DNA from: Clostridia bacterium
Lineage (GTDB): Bacteria; Bacillota; Clostridia; Oscillospirales; CAG-382
Assembly (NCBI GenBank): GCA_017549405.1
Contig: JAFYUY010000136.1
Coordinates: 1-37,865 of the forward strand
Direction of reading: 5' to 3'
DNA: 37,865 nucleotides
Within the stretch, counting starts at the first letter, position 1. Each line of letters begins with the position of its first letter. Positions 36,319 to 37,865 of this stretch are shown here, piece by piece. Both the position numbers and the translations under genes were made by a program. Under the pieces are notes generated by a model, which saw only the letters and a list, made by a program, of their open reading frames with translations, was not told where the DNA came from and ran no database searches.

Positions 36319-37863
36319 TTATTGTTTGTCTAAATTTTTGGTAAAGCTGCATTTTTCGTTAATGCAGTAAACAAGATCCTTGCCCTTCTTTTTGAGCAAA
36401 AGGCCCTGGCATTCGGGGCATTTCTCCTCCTGCGGAATATCCCAGGTCGAGAATTTGCACTCGGGATATTTTTCGCAGCTGTAGAACACGCTCTTTTTTC
36501 TGCCGTGCTTTATGAGTATTTTTGAACCGCACTGAGGGCAAGGCACGTTAAGGTCTTTGGTTATGGGTTTTGTGCTGCGGCATTCGGGATACTTTGCGCA
36601 GGCATAGAAATTGCCGTATCTTCCGCGGCGGATCACCATACCGCCGCCGCATATATCACACTTGATATCATCGGGCGCGGGAGTGAGGCTTGCCGCAGTG
36701 GTATTTTCTTCGGTTTTCTCGATAACATTGCCGTCTTTATCTACGGGCTTTGTGTTGCGGCATGCGGGGTAGTTGGGGCACGCGGCAAAGCGGCCGAATC
36801 TGCCATTTTTGATTATCATGCGGCTGCCGCATTTTTCGCACAGAAAATCCGTTTCCTCGGCAACAAGCTTGTAGTTGCCCTTTTCTATGGTCTCTTCTGC
36901 CTTGTCAAGCATAGTGATAAAATCACCGTAGAAGGATTTCAAGACCTCCTGCATGGACTTTTTGCCGTTTTCCACATCATCGAGCAGCTCTTCCATGGTA
37001 GCGGTAAAGCCGTAGTCCACGATGCTTGAGAAATTATCGGTCATAAGGCGGGTGGTAACTTCACCCAGAGGTGAGGGAGCAAGGGTCTTTCCGTCGCGCT
37101 CCACATATCCGCGCTGGATTATAGTGGTGATGGTGGGGGTGTATGTGGAAGGGCGGCCAATACCCTTTTCTTCAAGCACCTTTATAAGGGTGGCTTCTGT
37201 ATATCTTGCGGGCGGCTTTGTGAAGTGCTGTGAGGGAGAAAGCTTGTTGAGCTCCAATGTGTCACCTTCGCAGACCTCGGGAAGCTTTGCTTCCTTTTCT
37301 TCTTCCTCGGGCGAATCTTCGTCCTTTTCTTCTTTTGTTTCTTCATAAACCGCCATAAATCCGGGATGGCGCACGGTGTAGCCCGAGCTGCGGAAGATAT
37401 ATCCCGCACTTTCAATATCAATGGTAACCGTGTCAAGCAGAGCGGATTCCATCTGAGAAGCCACAAAACGATCCCAGATGAGCTTGTAGAGCTTGAACTG
37501 GTCGGGAGAGAGATACTGCTTTACGATTGCAGGCTCAAAAGCCATATCGGACGGACGGATAGCTTCGTGAGCATCCTGAGCGCCTGCACGGGATTTATAA
37601 ACTCTGCGGGTCTTGGGATAATAATCCGCACCGTATTTCTGCTCGATATAAAGCTTTGCGGCATCGGCTGCGATATCGGAAATTCTGAGAGAGTCGGTAC
37701 GCATATAGGAGATAAGACCGCGGGTACCGAATTCTCCGAGCGAAATACCTTCATAAAGCTCCTGGGCAATTTTCGCTGTCTTTTCCGAACGGAAACCGAA
37801 TCTCTTATTCGCCTCCTGGTGAAGGGTGGAGGTAATAAAGGGAGGCGCGGGGTTATTGGTGCG
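36319..37863 (-). CDS. topA: DNA topoisomerase I; 5'-partial
   Basis: Frame open to the right edge: PPFITSTL.QEA, AQELYEG, catalytic ISYMRTDS, QDAHEAIRP, GIGRPSTY and four C-terminal zinc ribbons. Confidence 0.98.
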   Translation of the reverse strand, partial: RTNNPAPPFITSTLHQEANKRFGFRSEKTAKIAQELYEGISLGEFGTRGLISYMRTDSLRISDIAADAAKLYIEQKYGADYYPKTRRVYKSRAGAQDAHEAIRPSDMAFEPAIVKQYLSPDQFKLYKLIWDRFVASQMESALLDTVTIDIESAGYIFRSSGYTVRHPGFMAVYEETKEEKDEDSPEEEEKEAKLPEVCEGDTLELNKLSPSQHFTKPPARYTEATLIKVLEEKGIGRPSTYTPTITTIIQRGYVERDGKTLAPSPLGEVTTRLMTDNFSSIVDYGFTATMEELLDDVENGKKSMQEVLKSFYGDFITMLDKAEETIEKGNYKLVAEETDFLCEKCGSRMIIKNGRFGRFAACPNYPACRNTKPVDKDGNVIEKTEENTTAASLTPAPDDIKCDICGGGMVIRRGRYGNFYACAKYPECRSTKPITKDLNVPCPQCGSKILIKHGRKKSVFYSCEKYPECKFSTWDIPQEEKCPECQGLLLKKKGKDLVYCINEKCSFTKNLDKQ

Positions 37864-37865
37864 CA

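Overview
This window looks like a mostly core-chromosome segment of a Clostridia-type Firmicute (standard genetic code, sigma-A-type promoters, SLH protein). The right half is one long minus-strand housekeeping run: topA(partial)-plsX-rnc-radical SAM-smc-ftsY-rdgB-yhbY-nadD::yqeK fusion-ProXp-LCP-rsfS-leuS. It is followed by rpsU (58 aa, missed by the ORF track) and a YtrA-type GntR/ABC operon with a visible operator. The left half is more accessory: a large SLH/beta-helix surface protein (partial, missed by the ORF track), AraC, a DAG-kinase-family gene, a GH109-like oxidoreductase, and a nahK-like kinase-serine hydrolase-mnmA unit. It also holds a degenerate CE4 deacetylase plus a WalRK-like two-component system, dnaC-like-uxuA-RNHCP, and DUF1643. 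I found no CRISPR array, transposase, integrase, prophage, rRNA or tRNA, and no clear novel multi-gene system. The best leads are: (1) an apparent ATT start codon plus a 4-codon leaderless uORF on the DnaC-like gene; (2) a catalytically degenerate secreted CE4 protein heading the WalRK-like operon; (3) internal SLH repeats in a two-module surface protein; (4) an LCP protein with a ~55-aa core insertion and an 18-bp tandem-repeat tail. All family calls come from motif recognition by eye, not database searches.
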